Source: an uncultured Rivularia sp. (lineage in GTDB: Bacteria; Cyanobacteriota; Cyanobacteriia; Cyanobacteriales; Nostocaceae). From it: DNA of 64,000 nt. Below are positions 1 through 8,741 of the stretch, in pieces. The position numbers and the translations under genes are program-made. Location: contig OY762007.1 of NCBI GenBank assembly GCA_963665115.1, positions 2,272,001 through 2,336,000 on the forward strand, in the 5' to 3' direction. Within the stretch, counting starts at the first letter, position 1, and every line of letters begins with the position of its first letter. The notes under the pieces were generated by a model that worked only from the letters and a program-made list of their open reading frames with translations, ran no database searches and had not been told where the DNA came from.

Positions 1-523
1 GTTGTTTGCTGGGTTTGCGAAAAATCCCAGGATGCACTGAAGCGGTATGAGGAACATCAATAAAATTTTCTGCACAGTTAGTGACGTTATTACGAAAGCG
101 ATTGATAACTTTTACAGTTTCCCATCCCGGCTGTTGGTACTCAGGCATTTTGAAAGGTGCAAATTCCTCCAAAGGTGACGATAAGCGCACGTAAACGAAA
201 CCATCTTCTTCTTTAGTTTGATAAAGTTGGTTTTTTCGCATTTTGCTTGAACAAAAATTCTCTCCTTCCGAAGGTACGGTAACAACCTTGCCGGTATCAT
301 CGTAAACCCAACCGTGGTAAGGACATTCGAGCTTGCCCTGACAAACTTTACCTTTTGATAAACGGGTATTTCTGTGAATGCACCTATCTTGTAAAGCAAC
401 AGGTTTACCATCTTCCCCACGGAAAACTGCCAGCCATTCACCTAAAATTGTTCGTGAAAGGACTTGATTTGGTTTTAATTGGTTGCTCAAAGCGACAACA
501 TACCAAAAATCTTCAAGTTTCAT
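1..523 (-). CDS. Rieske non-heme iron oxygenase alpha subunit (5' part; runs off the window edge; not in the ORF track)
   Basis: Manual translation from the ATG at 523 gives MKLEDFWYVVALS...DRCIHRN...LECPYHGW...ENFIDVPHTASVHPG, with Rieske CxH...CxxH and mononuclear-iron DxxHxxxxH motifs and no stop before position 1. Confidence 0.9.
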   Translation of the reverse strand, partial: MKLEDFWYVVALSNQLKPNQVLSRTILGEWLAVFRGEDGKPVALQDRCIHRNTRLSKGKVCQGKLECPYHGWVYDDTGKVVTVPSEGENFCSSKMRKNQLYQTKEEDGFVYVRLSSPLEEFAPFKMPEYQQPGWETVKVINRFRNNVTNCAENFIDVPHTASVHPGIFRKPSKQ

Positions 524-609
524 AATGTTGTTAGTGGATAGTTGTTAGTTGATTGAAATACCTGGCGAATGTAATTCACTGCTACACAGGCAAAGTCCAC
601 CTGCGTGGA

Positions 610-897
610 CTATTTTATTGTTGTAATTTGAATATTATTAGTTAACTGAATTTGACAAGCTAATCTTGCCTTTGGATTTTCTGGATCTAGTACTTCTAAA
701 AGTTCTATTTCCTCTTCCGATGCAGGTGGAATATCTCCTTCTACAGCTACAATACAAGTGCCACAAATTCCAGTACGACAACCGAAAAGTATCGGTGAGT
801 TTTCTACAGTTAAATGTTCGGCAAGGTTTTGATTTATTTCTAATTCAATCGGTTGATAATTTGTTTCTGGAAATTGAATAATACATTTTTTAGTCAT
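610..897 (-). CDS. 2Fe-2S ferredoxin
   Basis: CRTGICGTC...RLACQ motif, 95 aa. Confidence 0.9.
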   Translation of the reverse strand: MTKKCIIQFPETNYQPIELEINQNLAEHLTVENSPILFGCRTGICGTCIVAVEGDIPPASEEEIELLEVLDPENPKARLACQIQLTNNIQITTIK

Positions 898-1027
898 ATT
901 TATAAGTTATTTACTATTAACTATTCCTAATACTCTTTAAGACGACTTATCTCTCTTAATTTCTTTCCTCTGCGTCTCTGCGTCTAGTAAGGTTTATTAT
1001 CTTATAATGCCTCTACAAATCAATAAT

Positions 1028-2062
1028 TTATTTTTTATTTGACCATATTGAAGGTTGAAGTCGATTTACATAGCTCATATATTTAACCAACGGCTCATCA
1101 ATAGTTAAAAGAGCATTTGGATTATAACGAATATTGTCATAAATCATTCCATCTTCACCACGTAAGAAATAGTAAGCTAGTTTCGTCATAAATAACAAAA
1201 ATCTACTTATCAACCAACCAATAATTCCTTTTCTTTTTTTAGTTATATAAATAGGCTGAATTCTAGTTTTTCTACCTTCTAAAGGTGTATAGGCATAAAT
1301 CATATGCAAAGAAGGTATAAATCGCACTTTTTTCATGATAGTTAGCAATCCTATACAGCCATCGGCGTATCTCATGGTGTATTCGTAATCATCGCCGAGT
1401 ATTCTTTTAGCAATTTTCTCTCTAGATGTAGTTTGTGGAAACTTACCACTAAGGGTAAAATCAATGATATTTCCAGATTTATTTTCCTCTAGCGATAAAT
1501 CCATTTTGATATTTAGTTTATGTACGGTTTGAAGATGTTGAGCATCAATTCCGTTCATCATACAAATATGATGATGACAATTGCGTTCAAATGCTTTGTC
1601 GTATGATGTAACAAGAGATTTATTTTTTAATTCACCAAACTCTGCAATCTCTGGTGCTTTTTCCTCTGGATAAACCCAAATAAAACCATATTTTTCGTCA
1701 GTAGCATAAGATTGCAACTTGGCTTTTTGAGGAATATTTGATTGACAGGGAATATCTTGACATTTACCTTCACCATCAAATGCCCAATGATGGAAGAAAC
1801 AGCGAATTAAATTACCATCGACTTTCCCAATTGCTAAATCGGTTCCTAAATGGGGACAGTAAGCATCTAATGCCCTAACTTCATTATCTTTACCGCGAAA
1901 AATCACTATTTTCTGTCCGCAAATAGTAAAAGATTTGGCTTTGCCTTGGGATATGTCTTTACTCAGACAAACTATATACCAACCTTTAGTAACAACGTCC
2001 CAATTATTAAATACTTCCATCTTTATTAATGGTTGGGTATTTTTGTTTTGTAATGAGTTCAT
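1028..2062 (-). CDS. Rieske non-heme iron oxygenase alpha subunit
   Basis: YCPHLG...RCFFHHW Rieske motif and NGIDAQHLQTVH iron motif. Confidence 0.9.
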   Translation of the reverse strand: MNSLQNKNTQPLIKMEVFNNWDVVTKGWYIVCLSKDISQGKAKSFTICGQKIVIFRGKDNEVRALDAYCPHLGTDLAIGKVDGNLIRCFFHHWAFDGEGKCQDIPCQSNIPQKAKLQSYATDEKYGFIWVYPEEKAPEIAEFGELKNKSLVTSYDKAFERNCHHHICMMNGIDAQHLQTVHKLNIKMDLSLEENKSGNIIDFTLSGKFPQTTSREKIAKRILGDDYEYTMRYADGCIGLLTIMKKVRFIPSLHMIYAYTPLEGRKTRIQPIYITKKRKGIIGWLISRFLLFMTKLAYYFLRGEDGMIYDNIRYNPNALLTIDEPLVKYMSYVNRLQPSIWSNKK

Positions 2063-2077
2063 GTAATTAATTGACTC

Positions 2078-2254
2078 TTATTGATTTTTAGCATCAAGAA
2101 TAAACAGAATTGATCCGATAGTAAATAATATTCCTCCGCAGACAGAAGAAATAGAATAAAAGGATATCTCTTTAAATAAATCGATAAAAGAATTGTTCGT
2201 AAATAGAAGAGAACCAATTAGAAACAAATAACTTCCTAATAACGTATAGCTCAT
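2078..2254 (-). CDS. small two-helix membrane protein, 58 aa (below the ORF-track cutoff)
   Basis: MSYTLLGSYLFLIGSLLFTNNSFIDLFKEISFYSISSVCGGILFTIGSILFILDAKNQ; fills the gap between cluster genes, starting 2 nt after the upstream stop. Confidence 0.65.
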   Translation of the reverse strand: MSYTLLGSYLFLIGSLLFTNNSFIDLFKEISFYSISSVCGGILFTIGSILFILDAKNQ

Positions 2255-2256
2255 AA

Positions 2257-3420
2257 TTAATCGTGTTGATTATTAATTACCCATTTTTTAAAAGCTTTTC
2301 TTTGCCGATTCAAATATCGAGAAGTAGAATTTTCAGCCATCAAAGACATTTCACGGTTGCTTTTCCATAGATAATCCAGAGATTGCAGATAAACTTTATA
2401 GGATTCCATCGCTTCATGATGAGTTTGAAAGCTGTTGTGTAACGCTTCCGTCTCTTCAGTAAAACAACGACGCATCATATCTTTCGCATCTGCATCGCTC
2501 ATCCCGAAAATGCGCGATCGCAATACTTTGTAAATCGCTGAATACAGTGCAGCATCGTACCAAAATATCCCGTTGACTGCCACAGAACAATGATAATGGT
2601 CTTTTTGACAGCCGCGTACTCCTAAGTTTGCAACCAGTTTCTCAAAGTCGGTAGGAGGTTTGATGCAGTTAATTACATCGTGGGAAATTATAGTTGAACT
2701 ATTAAAATGAAAGCTTTCATCCATAAAATGATAGTAGGAAATTTTTGCGGGGATGGGTGCATCTTCCGGATTAAGATGTTTTTGATAATAATTGCTGAGC
2801 TTATGTTGAACTAACTTACCGTTAAGAGTACGCACGCCCCTAACTGTAAAATACTGACAAGCAAGAAATGTATTATCTGCGGATATTAATCCAAAAGCTT
2901 GTAGCTGAAGTTTTTTCCATTGTTGCTTGAGCAAGTTGGTATCAGTAAACACCATAGTTTCTGTATAAGGGCCGCGCATTGGGTAGCTGAAAATACGTTC
3001 TTCAAACAGCTTTAATTCGACTTCTTTAGAGATGGTTTTGAAAGCATTAATATGGGCGCGTTCCTGTGAAGATTCCAAATCGAGCATATCGCAGATCGAA
3101 CGAAAATCCTCTTGAGCATACAATCCAGCAGCGCTAGTTTGGTTAAAAAAGATAGTCGCAATTTCAGCAGAAATGATTTGAGAATAGTAAGCTACCCAGT
3201 AAAGTTGATTGAGAATAATTCTTTGACTTGGACTTGATTCTAACCATAAAGGCGTACCAAAAAGTAACGAGAACTCTTCTGGATTCCAGTATTCATTTTT
3301 GCAATCATCATACTTAAAATCAGTCGCAGCTTGATCTAATAATTCCGTACAATCTTGCTGTTTATTACGTTTATAGTTAATTTGCAACTTACGGCAGACT
3401 TGTTGATTTTCTAAAAGCAT
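2257..3420 (-). CDS. CylC/AurF-like dimetal-carboxylate enzyme (putative halogenase or oxygenase)
   Basis: YWNPEEFSLLFGTPLW...LNQLYW, SAEIAT, LESSQERAH and HFMDESFH; two ExxH motifs and an N-terminal pattern recalled from the CylC family. Confidence 0.7.
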   Translation of the reverse strand: MLLENQQVCRKLQINYKRNKQQDCTELLDQAATDFKYDDCKNEYWNPEEFSLLFGTPLWLESSPSQRIILNQLYWVAYYSQIISAEIATIFFNQTSAAGLYAQEDFRSICDMLDLESSQERAHINAFKTISKEVELKLFEERIFSYPMRGPYTETMVFTDTNLLKQQWKKLQLQAFGLISADNTFLACQYFTVRGVRTLNGKLVQHKLSNYYQKHLNPEDAPIPAKISYYHFMDESFHFNSSTIISHDVINCIKPPTDFEKLVANLGVRGCQKDHYHCSVAVNGIFWYDAALYSAIYKVLRSRIFGMSDADAKDMMRRCFTEETEALHNSFQTHHEAMESYKVYLQSLDYLWKSNREMSLMAENSTSRYLNRQRKAFKKWVINNQHD

Positions 3421-3522
3421 TTTCAATTATCAATTATCAGTTATCAATTAAGCTGATGTGCAGCTAAACTCTATAAAACGTTAGCGTTCACCGAAGGTGC
3501 GGCTCAGCGTGTCCGAAGGACA

Positions 3523-3629
3523 TACAGCATATTTAGTTTTGGTGAAGTACATTCTGACGGGCAGGGATGCCCATCCCACAAGACTTTCGGAATATAGTTT
3601 TGTACCTCATTTAGCTGCAAAGGGCTGTA
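3523..3629. mobile_element. 107-bp MITE-like element, copy 1
   Basis: Ends TACAGC...GCTGTA; same length as the copy at 49590-49696 and shares an identical 28-bp core with it. Confidence 0.65.
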
Positions 3630-3732
3630 AATCTAAAATTATTGTAGTGCGGGCATCTTGCCCGCCAGAAAAATACAAATAAAATGCACGACACCCTACT
3701 TACAAATTTGAGAATATTTTTCTACTCTCTTT

Positions 3733-4638
3733 CTAAAAAACACATTGACTGGGTTTTAAAGCTTGAAAACTTCCCTTAATATCCAGATTTTCAAGTATAT
3801 TTTTAGCATTGGGTAAATCAATCAAATTGCGTAACAATTTCAAGCGACTTCCACTATGATTTTCAGTATCAAGTTGTGCAAAAATATTAATTTTATCTTC
3901 TTTTGATAAATGTCCTTTGACTTGTTCAATTGCTTTAACAACACTTTGAGGCCCCAGTTGCACCATTTGTAAAAACATTGCTAATATTTCCACAATATAT
4001 TGACTAGATTTACTTAGCGATATATTCTCAAACAGCGTTACTCCGGTAGCGTGATGTCGGCTTTCATCTTGCAAAAAACCTTGCAATATCGATTTTAATT
4101 GAGGATTTTGACAATATGAAGCAATACTGCGGTAATGAGTTAAACCCCACCCTTCTAAAACGACTTGCAGCACAAATAATAAAACTGTTTTATCATCGCT
4201 TTCTACCACCTTTTCCAGCAAATCTAAAAATGGGTTGTTGCTTACTTCCGGAGTCGGTAAAAAACTACTAATTTGTGCAAAATGGGTTACTTCATCCGCA
4301 GCAAATAAACCATAAAGCATTCTTTCCTCAGTGGTTTCTGCTAGCAAAATCATTTTCGCCATATAGCCCATGCCAGCTTTTTCGATAAAATAAGCTTCCT
4401 CCAAAATTCCTAAATTGCAAAGTTGTAAAATAGAACTTTGTTCCCCAGGTGTGGAATCTTTAAAAATTTTGACTTTATCGAGATTAAAATAATTAGCATT
4501 CCAGTAATTAACTAAAGTAGATCTATTTTCATAATATCTATTTGTTTTTTCAAGTGCTGAAGATAGAATTCGATTTAATTTATCTTTTGAATTAATATCA
4601 GGTAAATCTAATCCAGCAATAGTATATTGTCGATCCAT
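3733..4638 (-). CDS. ferritin-like diiron protein
   Basis: FIEKAG...ADEVTH...VLEGWG...QDESRHH, an E/ExxH/E/ExxH ligand pattern. Confidence 0.8.
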   Translation of the reverse strand: MDRQYTIAGLDLPDINSKDKLNRILSSALEKTNRYYENRSTLVNYWNANYFNLDKVKIFKDSTPGEQSSILQLCNLGILEEAYFIEKAGMGYMAKMILLAETTEERMLYGLFAADEVTHFAQISSFLPTPEVSNNPFLDLLEKVVESDDKTVLLFVLQVVLEGWGLTHYRSIASYCQNPQLKSILQGFLQDESRHHATGVTLFENISLSKSSQYIVEILAMFLQMVQLGPQSVVKAIEQVKGHLSKEDKINIFAQLDTENHSGSRLKLLRNLIDLPNAKNILENLDIKGSFQALKPSQCVF

Positions 4639-4695
4639 GATTTTATATTTTAAGCTACTAACTAAGAGTTGAATATCTGAAAATTTATTAAAAGG

Positions 4696-4754
4696 GTTTG
4701 TAGTAGCGCTTCAGCGCCTCCGGATTCATGAGGCGCTGAAGCGCTACTACGAAC
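4696..4754. repeat. palindromic dispersed repeat (GTTTGTAGT...ACTACRAAC family)
   Basis: 25-bp arms, 24/25 complementary, 9-nt loop; related copies near 5278-5302, 10536-10592, 28501-28549 and 52331. Confidence 0.8.
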
Positions 4755-4895
4755 TTTAATTATTCATGACTTATAAAGTGGAGCTGGCAAAAGTTCAAGT
4801 TTATTTAAGCTTATTAAAAATGATAAAAACGTAAATTGAAACCTACTAATATAAACATTAAAGTAAATAAAATATTCTATTCTTAACTTTCCTTC

Positions 4896-5153
4896 TTACT
4901 CTTGCGATTTTAAACAGCTGGGAATAACCATAGGATGAGATTCTTTTTCAAAGCTACGATCTTTCGGTAAAACCATAGGATGAGAATTCTCTTCAGTTTT
5001 GTTATTCGCGAATTTTTTTCCCGGTATAAGCATCTCCGAGTCCTCATGAGGGCAGATTTCGGCTTTTTTCTGAGAATTTGCACCGCAAGCAGCAAAAATA
5101 ATTACTATCAGGGAGTTGAAAAGGATTGAACGAACTGTAAGGGCTTTTTTCAC
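4896..5153 (-). CDS. small putative lipoprotein with a repeated SHPMV(L/I)P motif
   Basis: From the GTG at 5153: MKK, a hydrophobic stretch, then FAA|C lipobox-like site; exact 15-bp DNA repeat at 4926-4940 and 4971-4985. Confidence 0.55.
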   Translation of the reverse strand: MKKALTVRSILFNSLIVIIFAACGANSQKKAEICPHEDSEMLIPGKKFANNKTEENSHPMVLPKDRSFEKESHPMVIPSCLKSQE

Positions 5154-5306
5154 GATCGAATATTTGATTAATATATTTCTTGTAATTATTGTTGTTTGGT
5201 TAACCTTCAATCTAGTTGTTTCAATTTTTGTAACGCTTTAGTACTCCACCACATTAAATCTCCAAATTCCGTAAAGTGAGGCGCTAAAGCGCTACTACAA
5301 ACCTAA

Positions 5307-6401
5307 TTAATCATTCGCTTCTCCTTTTGATTCCACCATCTCTGCTTTTTTTTGTCTTTGTCTTTCTTGTTCCTCGTTTATGGGTTCCCAACTTTCCCAA
5401 CGTAAGGCTTTTTGTGTTTCTACATTTTGGATAAATTGCAAAATGGCATTATCTGCTTTAGTTGGTGTTTGAAAGTCGAAGTTGATTGTTTGAAATATCT
5501 GAGTATCTCCGGAAGCAAAGTAGTTACCCACCAACTTTGTCAGCAAAAGTACCGCTCTGTTGAACAACCAACCGAAAACACCCCGACGCTTTTTAGTTAT
5601 TAGAATGGTTTGTCCCTCTGCTTTCCCGCCTTCAAGCAAACGCAAAGCAAACATAATATGAAAATGTAGAAAATCGGGTCCTAAAGTTACTGTGCCAATA
5701 CTTCCATACCAATAACACATATTATAAGTAACGGCTTTTTTGTAAAAAGGGCGGATTAATTTCATCAGAAACGAATCTTCGCCACCCCTAGTAATGTTGT
5801 TAAAAATAATCGCATTATCATTGAGTTGCTGCTTGCGAAAAACAATCTCTAAGGGTAGATTGTGAACCGTATTAAAATGATGAGCATCGATAGCATTAAT
5901 CATCACCACGTTGGGATGACAGTTTTTCACAAACTCAGAAGTTACAAGACTATCACATTCATAATTTTCTAATTCTGGAACAAACGGTAAGGGTTGAGCA
6001 TGAGTTTCACCCACCCAAACCCATATCATGCCGTATTTTTCGGCAACGTGCCAGGTTTTCAACTGCAACGGAAGACTCGTTCCCAAACAAGGAACATCAA
6101 CGCAATTACCTTGACTATCAAACTTCCAATTATGAAATAAACAACGCAATCCCTTACCTTCAACTTTACCTTCGGCAAGGTGAGCGCCCATATGAGGACA
6201 CTTAGCGTCAAAGCAAACTAGTTCACCATCAATATTCCGGTAAATTGCTAACTCTTTACCCAGTAACGAAACCGCTTTGACTTGTCCTTTTCGCAACTTT
6301 TTGGCAGGAATAGCCCAATACCAACCTTCAATAAACCGCCTTGGATGGTTAAATATTTGCGTGTAACGATATGAACTAATAGTATTTGGTACGGCTTTCA
6401 T
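5307..6401 (-). CDS. Rieske non-heme iron oxygenase alpha subunit
   Basis: KCPHMG...RCLFHNW and NAIDAHHFNTVH; paralog of 1028-2062. Confidence 0.9.
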   Translation of the reverse strand: MKAVPNTISSYRYTQIFNHPRRFIEGWYWAIPAKKLRKGQVKAVSLLGKELAIYRNIDGELVCFDAKCPHMGAHLAEGKVEGKGLRCLFHNWKFDSQGNCVDVPCLGTSLPLQLKTWHVAEKYGMIWVWVGETHAQPLPFVPELENYECDSLVTSEFVKNCHPNVVMINAIDAHHFNTVHNLPLEIVFRKQQLNDNAIIFNNITRGGEDSFLMKLIRPFYKKAVTYNMCYWYGSIGTVTLGPDFLHFHIMFALRLLEGGKAEGQTILITKKRRGVFGWLFNRAVLLLTKLVGNYFASGDTQIFQTINFDFQTPTKADNAILQFIQNVETQKALRWESWEPINEEQERQRQKKAEMVESKGEAND

Positions 6402-6572
6402 GTCATTTTCATTACCGGAAGTTCCGGGTTTTAAATAAGTTGTATTTAAAAGCGTTATATCAAGGATGAGTAATTTTTAGTGTGTTGAAAGCATCACCTC
6501 GAAACTATTCAACGCCCTCTATTTCAACCCGACCGCATTTTTAGTTTTAAAGCGAACTTTGAAACAGGACTT

Positions 6573-7325
6573 TTAAACCGGAATTTTAAAGTCGGAATTT
6601 TTATCTTCGCTCTTACAATTTGTATTTGCAAACCACATTCTACGTCCGGCACGAGTCAAATTTTCCTCGCAAATCTCCGTAAAACAAACTAATTCATCAC
6701 CATTAAGATGCCCTGGGTTGAGCGTCTGGAAAAACTGAATATGCGGATCTCGCAATCTTTGAACGGGTATACCGTGCAAGCCATCTCGGAGTTTGTGGGG
6801 ATGGGGAAAACGAACCACACCAGTTTTAATATTATAATTTTCGCCAAAACGTTTGACAGATAAATCTTGCATCAAATTCAAAATACGTTCGGGGGTTACG
6901 GAGTCGTAGCAGGGATAAAACTCTTTCCAAAATAAGGGTAAAAAACGATAGGTGCGATAACCACCAGAAATTAATAGCCAGTAGAGTTTTCCTTTACAGT
7001 ATTCCCGGCGTAATTTATTTATCGAAGCTATCCAGCCCGTAGATAGAGCCGAACTTGACCAAGCGGTAGGATCTACAATAGTATCTCCAGAAAATACAAT
7101 GCTAATATTTTCACCTTCAAAATAGGTGTCGTACATTAGTAATGTAGAAAAACCTTTTAATTGATTTGTTTCTTCATCTTTAATTAAGATTACCCAATTT
7201 TTACTATCCAAATCGTTGTTGAATACGTCTCTCTTAACTCCTTCAAAGTGATTCGTTAAAAGCGCAAACATTTCTTCTACATCCAAAGCCGACAAATCGC
7301 TGGTGCTAATTAAATTACTATTCAT
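6573..7325 (-). CDS. conserved hypothetical protein, possible GNAT-fold acyltransferase
   Basis: Long ORF with LKGFST, FSGDTIVD and LLISGGYRTYRFLP motifs; the fold assignment is inference. Confidence 0.5.
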   Translation of the reverse strand: MNSNLISTSDLSALDVEEMFALLTNHFEGVKRDVFNNDLDSKNWVILIKDEETNQLKGFSTLLMYDTYFEGENISIVFSGDTIVDPTAWSSSALSTGWIASINKLRREYCKGKLYWLLISGGYRTYRFLPLFWKEFYPCYDSVTPERILNLMQDLSVKRFGENYNIKTGVVRFPHPHKLRDGLHGIPVQRLRDPHIQFFQTLNPGHLNGDELVCFTEICEENLTRAGRRMWFANTNCKSEDKNSDFKIPV

Positions 7326-8741
7326 TTTTATCAATATTTTCTATTTACTTATTATCAACTATAGTTTTTTATTCTAGAAAGTTATTAAATGTATGTGTCA
7401 GATAGTTATCTGTCCAGGGTATTTTCACAGAAAAATATATCTATAAATAAATCCTAATAGATTGATATGCATAGCTTTGAGATTGTGAACTATCTCTTTT
7501 ACAAAAAATATCCCGCTCAATTAATAATATGAATTATTGTAAACTACTAAAAACTTCATCCCGCTTCATGTCGATTCAGCTATGTTCAATTAATATCTTA
7601 GTGATTGTTATATCTTCTAAGCAAAATGATAAATAATAGTAGACTATCTGACTAGAAATTGATGTTGAGAATATAAAAAAAATATCTAAATTTTAGTGGT
7701 TTGAGTATTCTTTAATAGTAATAATGGCAAAATATACTTTAGATAGGATATTTATTTCATTTGCTGTAGTGCAAGCATTTTGCTCGCGACTCCATATAAA
7801 TAAGGAGTTATTTATTTCCTCCCCATAAATATTAGTGTAAAAACCTTATGCTTCCGGTAATAGAAGCGCGATCGCCATGCTATTACTTTCAATATAGAAT
7901 AATTTATCTAGCAAGCCGGTGTTATCTTTATTTTCTTATTTTTTTATACTTCATTGTAGTTACCTACTCCGTATTTCGTTAAAAATATTGAGTCTTTATC
8001 AAAAAAACTAGCTCCCATGAAGTGAAAAGCTAATTTTTACAGACTCTACAGTCGAGCTAATCCCTGATATAGGGCATATTTACCAGATATATGTTCGATT
8101 CCATGTAAAATGCGCTACAATAATTCCAGCTTTGGCTGACGACATAATTTTAGTGCATCTACATTTAAAGTCAGGGTTGCATCTTCAAACTCAATTTTTT
8201 TTCTACGTAATGGCATCTTAAGATTACTGTTGCTACTTCTCTACAAGATAGCTGAGCAACTAATTTTACTGTTTTATAACAATTTGATTCTCTTTGAGAA
8301 AGATTTCAGCAAATTTCTCAGCAATAATTGTGATTTTGATATAAAAACCCTCAAAATGGGCAAACTAAACTGAAAAAATAATTAAATATTTTTGCACTTT
8401 TTGCTTGGATAGAATATCAAGTAATTTTGGATTTACGATTTTAAATTTTAAATTATCTCTGAAAGTATTGCCATAGCTGAAGTTACAGGCATATTTTTTG
8501 AATTATTTAAAGCTAAAAATCTAAAATCTGTTATGGCTGACATAAAAACTTGATTTTGGGGGAGCATCTCAATTTTTTTAACATATTGTAGTGGGAGCGT
8601 CTCGCTCCCTCGTAGTAAATAGCGAGCTCGTACTACTAATTTAAATCCGTAGGGATGCTCCCAATTTTGGGGTTAGCTCTATCTATCTAAATTAAAGCTG
8701 CTTTGTTTAATTATTCTAATCCAGGGAAAAATCTACATATT

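Noticed and set aside
112..441. 109-aa ORF in the track
   Set aside because: Alternative frame of the Rieske gene starting at 523, which carries the real motifs.
7335..8700. 1.4-kb gap with protein-like fragments on the minus strand near 7940-8215
   Set aside because: Only short, stop-riddled frames with no recognisable motif; cannot support a pseudogene call without a search.
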